Of a stretch of 64,000 nucleotides of DNA, positions 63,376-64,000 are shown in pieces. The position numbers and the translations under genes were made by a program. Each line of letters begins with the position of its first letter. The first letter of the stretch is position 1. Location of the stretch: positions 10,044,001 to 10,108,000 of the forward strand of contig CDPCPM010000233.1 of assembly GCA_976551045.1 (NCBI GenBank), given 5' to 3'. The DNA comes from Glaucostegus cemiculus. Its lineage: Eukaryota. Below the pieces are notes generated by a model. It saw only the letters and a program-made list of their open reading frames with translations, was not told where the DNA came from and searched no databases.

Positions 63376-63852
63376 GTCAAAAGTCAAGTTTATTGTCATA
63401 TGCACAAGTACATGTATGCACAGGCGCAATGAAAAACTTACTTGCAGCAGCATCACAGGCACATAACATCATATAAGCAGCATTCACAAGAAAAACATAA
63501 AATAAACATAAATTGTACACATTTTTTTACAAGAAAGAACACAATTACAACAAGAAAAGTCCATTGTTGTGCAAAGTGGTCATAGTGTTGCTAAACTGAA
63601 GTTATTAGGGTTTTGCAGGTTGGATGGAGAACTGAATGGCTGAGTAGCTGTTCTTGAACCTGGTGGTGTGGGACTTCAGGCTTCTGTACCTCCTGCCCAA
63701 TGGTAGCTGTGAAAAGATGGCATGGCCTGGATGGAGGGGCCTTTGATGATAGAGGTTGCCTTCTCGAGGGAGAGCCCCTTGTAGGTACTACCAGTGGTGG
63801 GGAGGGATGTGCCCGTGATGGATTGGGCAGTGTCCACTACTGTTTGCAGCTT
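63376..63852 (-). mobile_element. Rex1/Babar-like LINE 3' fragment (different subfamily)
   Basis: Minus strand encodes LQTVVDTAQSITGTSLPT...HAIFSQLPLGRRYRSLKSHTTRFKNSY; tail GACAATAAACTTGAC. Confidence 0.82.
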
Positions 63853-64000
63853 GTAAAATGTTCCAAGAAATTTATTAATTCTTGAGGTCCAATGGAATAA
63901 GAACTTATTTAGTGTATGCAGTAAGGAACTGGTTAGTCAGATGGTTCTAATGAGGTACTACTAAATATGTTTTTCAAGTTATAATGAAGTAAACCTTCGT

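Overview
Eukaryotic, AT-rich, CpG-depleted, repeat-dense vertebrate DNA, probably intronic or intergenic. I recognise no host protein-coding exon. The repeat mix (V-domain tRNA SINEs, Deu-domain SINE relics, CR1, Rex1/Babar, RTE and Penelope fragments) suggests a cartilaginous fish (inference). The main feature is a 5062-bp minus-strand Gmr1-like Ty3/Gypsy LTR retrotransposon (15198-20259) with two ~0.83-kb LTRs, a GTGG target-site duplication (TSD), a tRNA-Pro primer-binding site and integrase placed before RT. It keeps an open 581-aa gag-protease frame but has lost the integrase core and most of RT/RNase H through two internal deletions, so it looks non-autonomous. Other notable items: about a dozen Penelope-derived pieces, often fold-back, carrying decayed minimal hammerhead ribozyme motifs (one has a 9-bp TSD); two young SINE families with the same head but different 3' tails; several nested insertions; and an isolated, near-perfect 85-nt hairpin at 1840-1924. 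Family assignments come from recalled motifs, not database searches, and boundaries of degenerate repeats are approximate.
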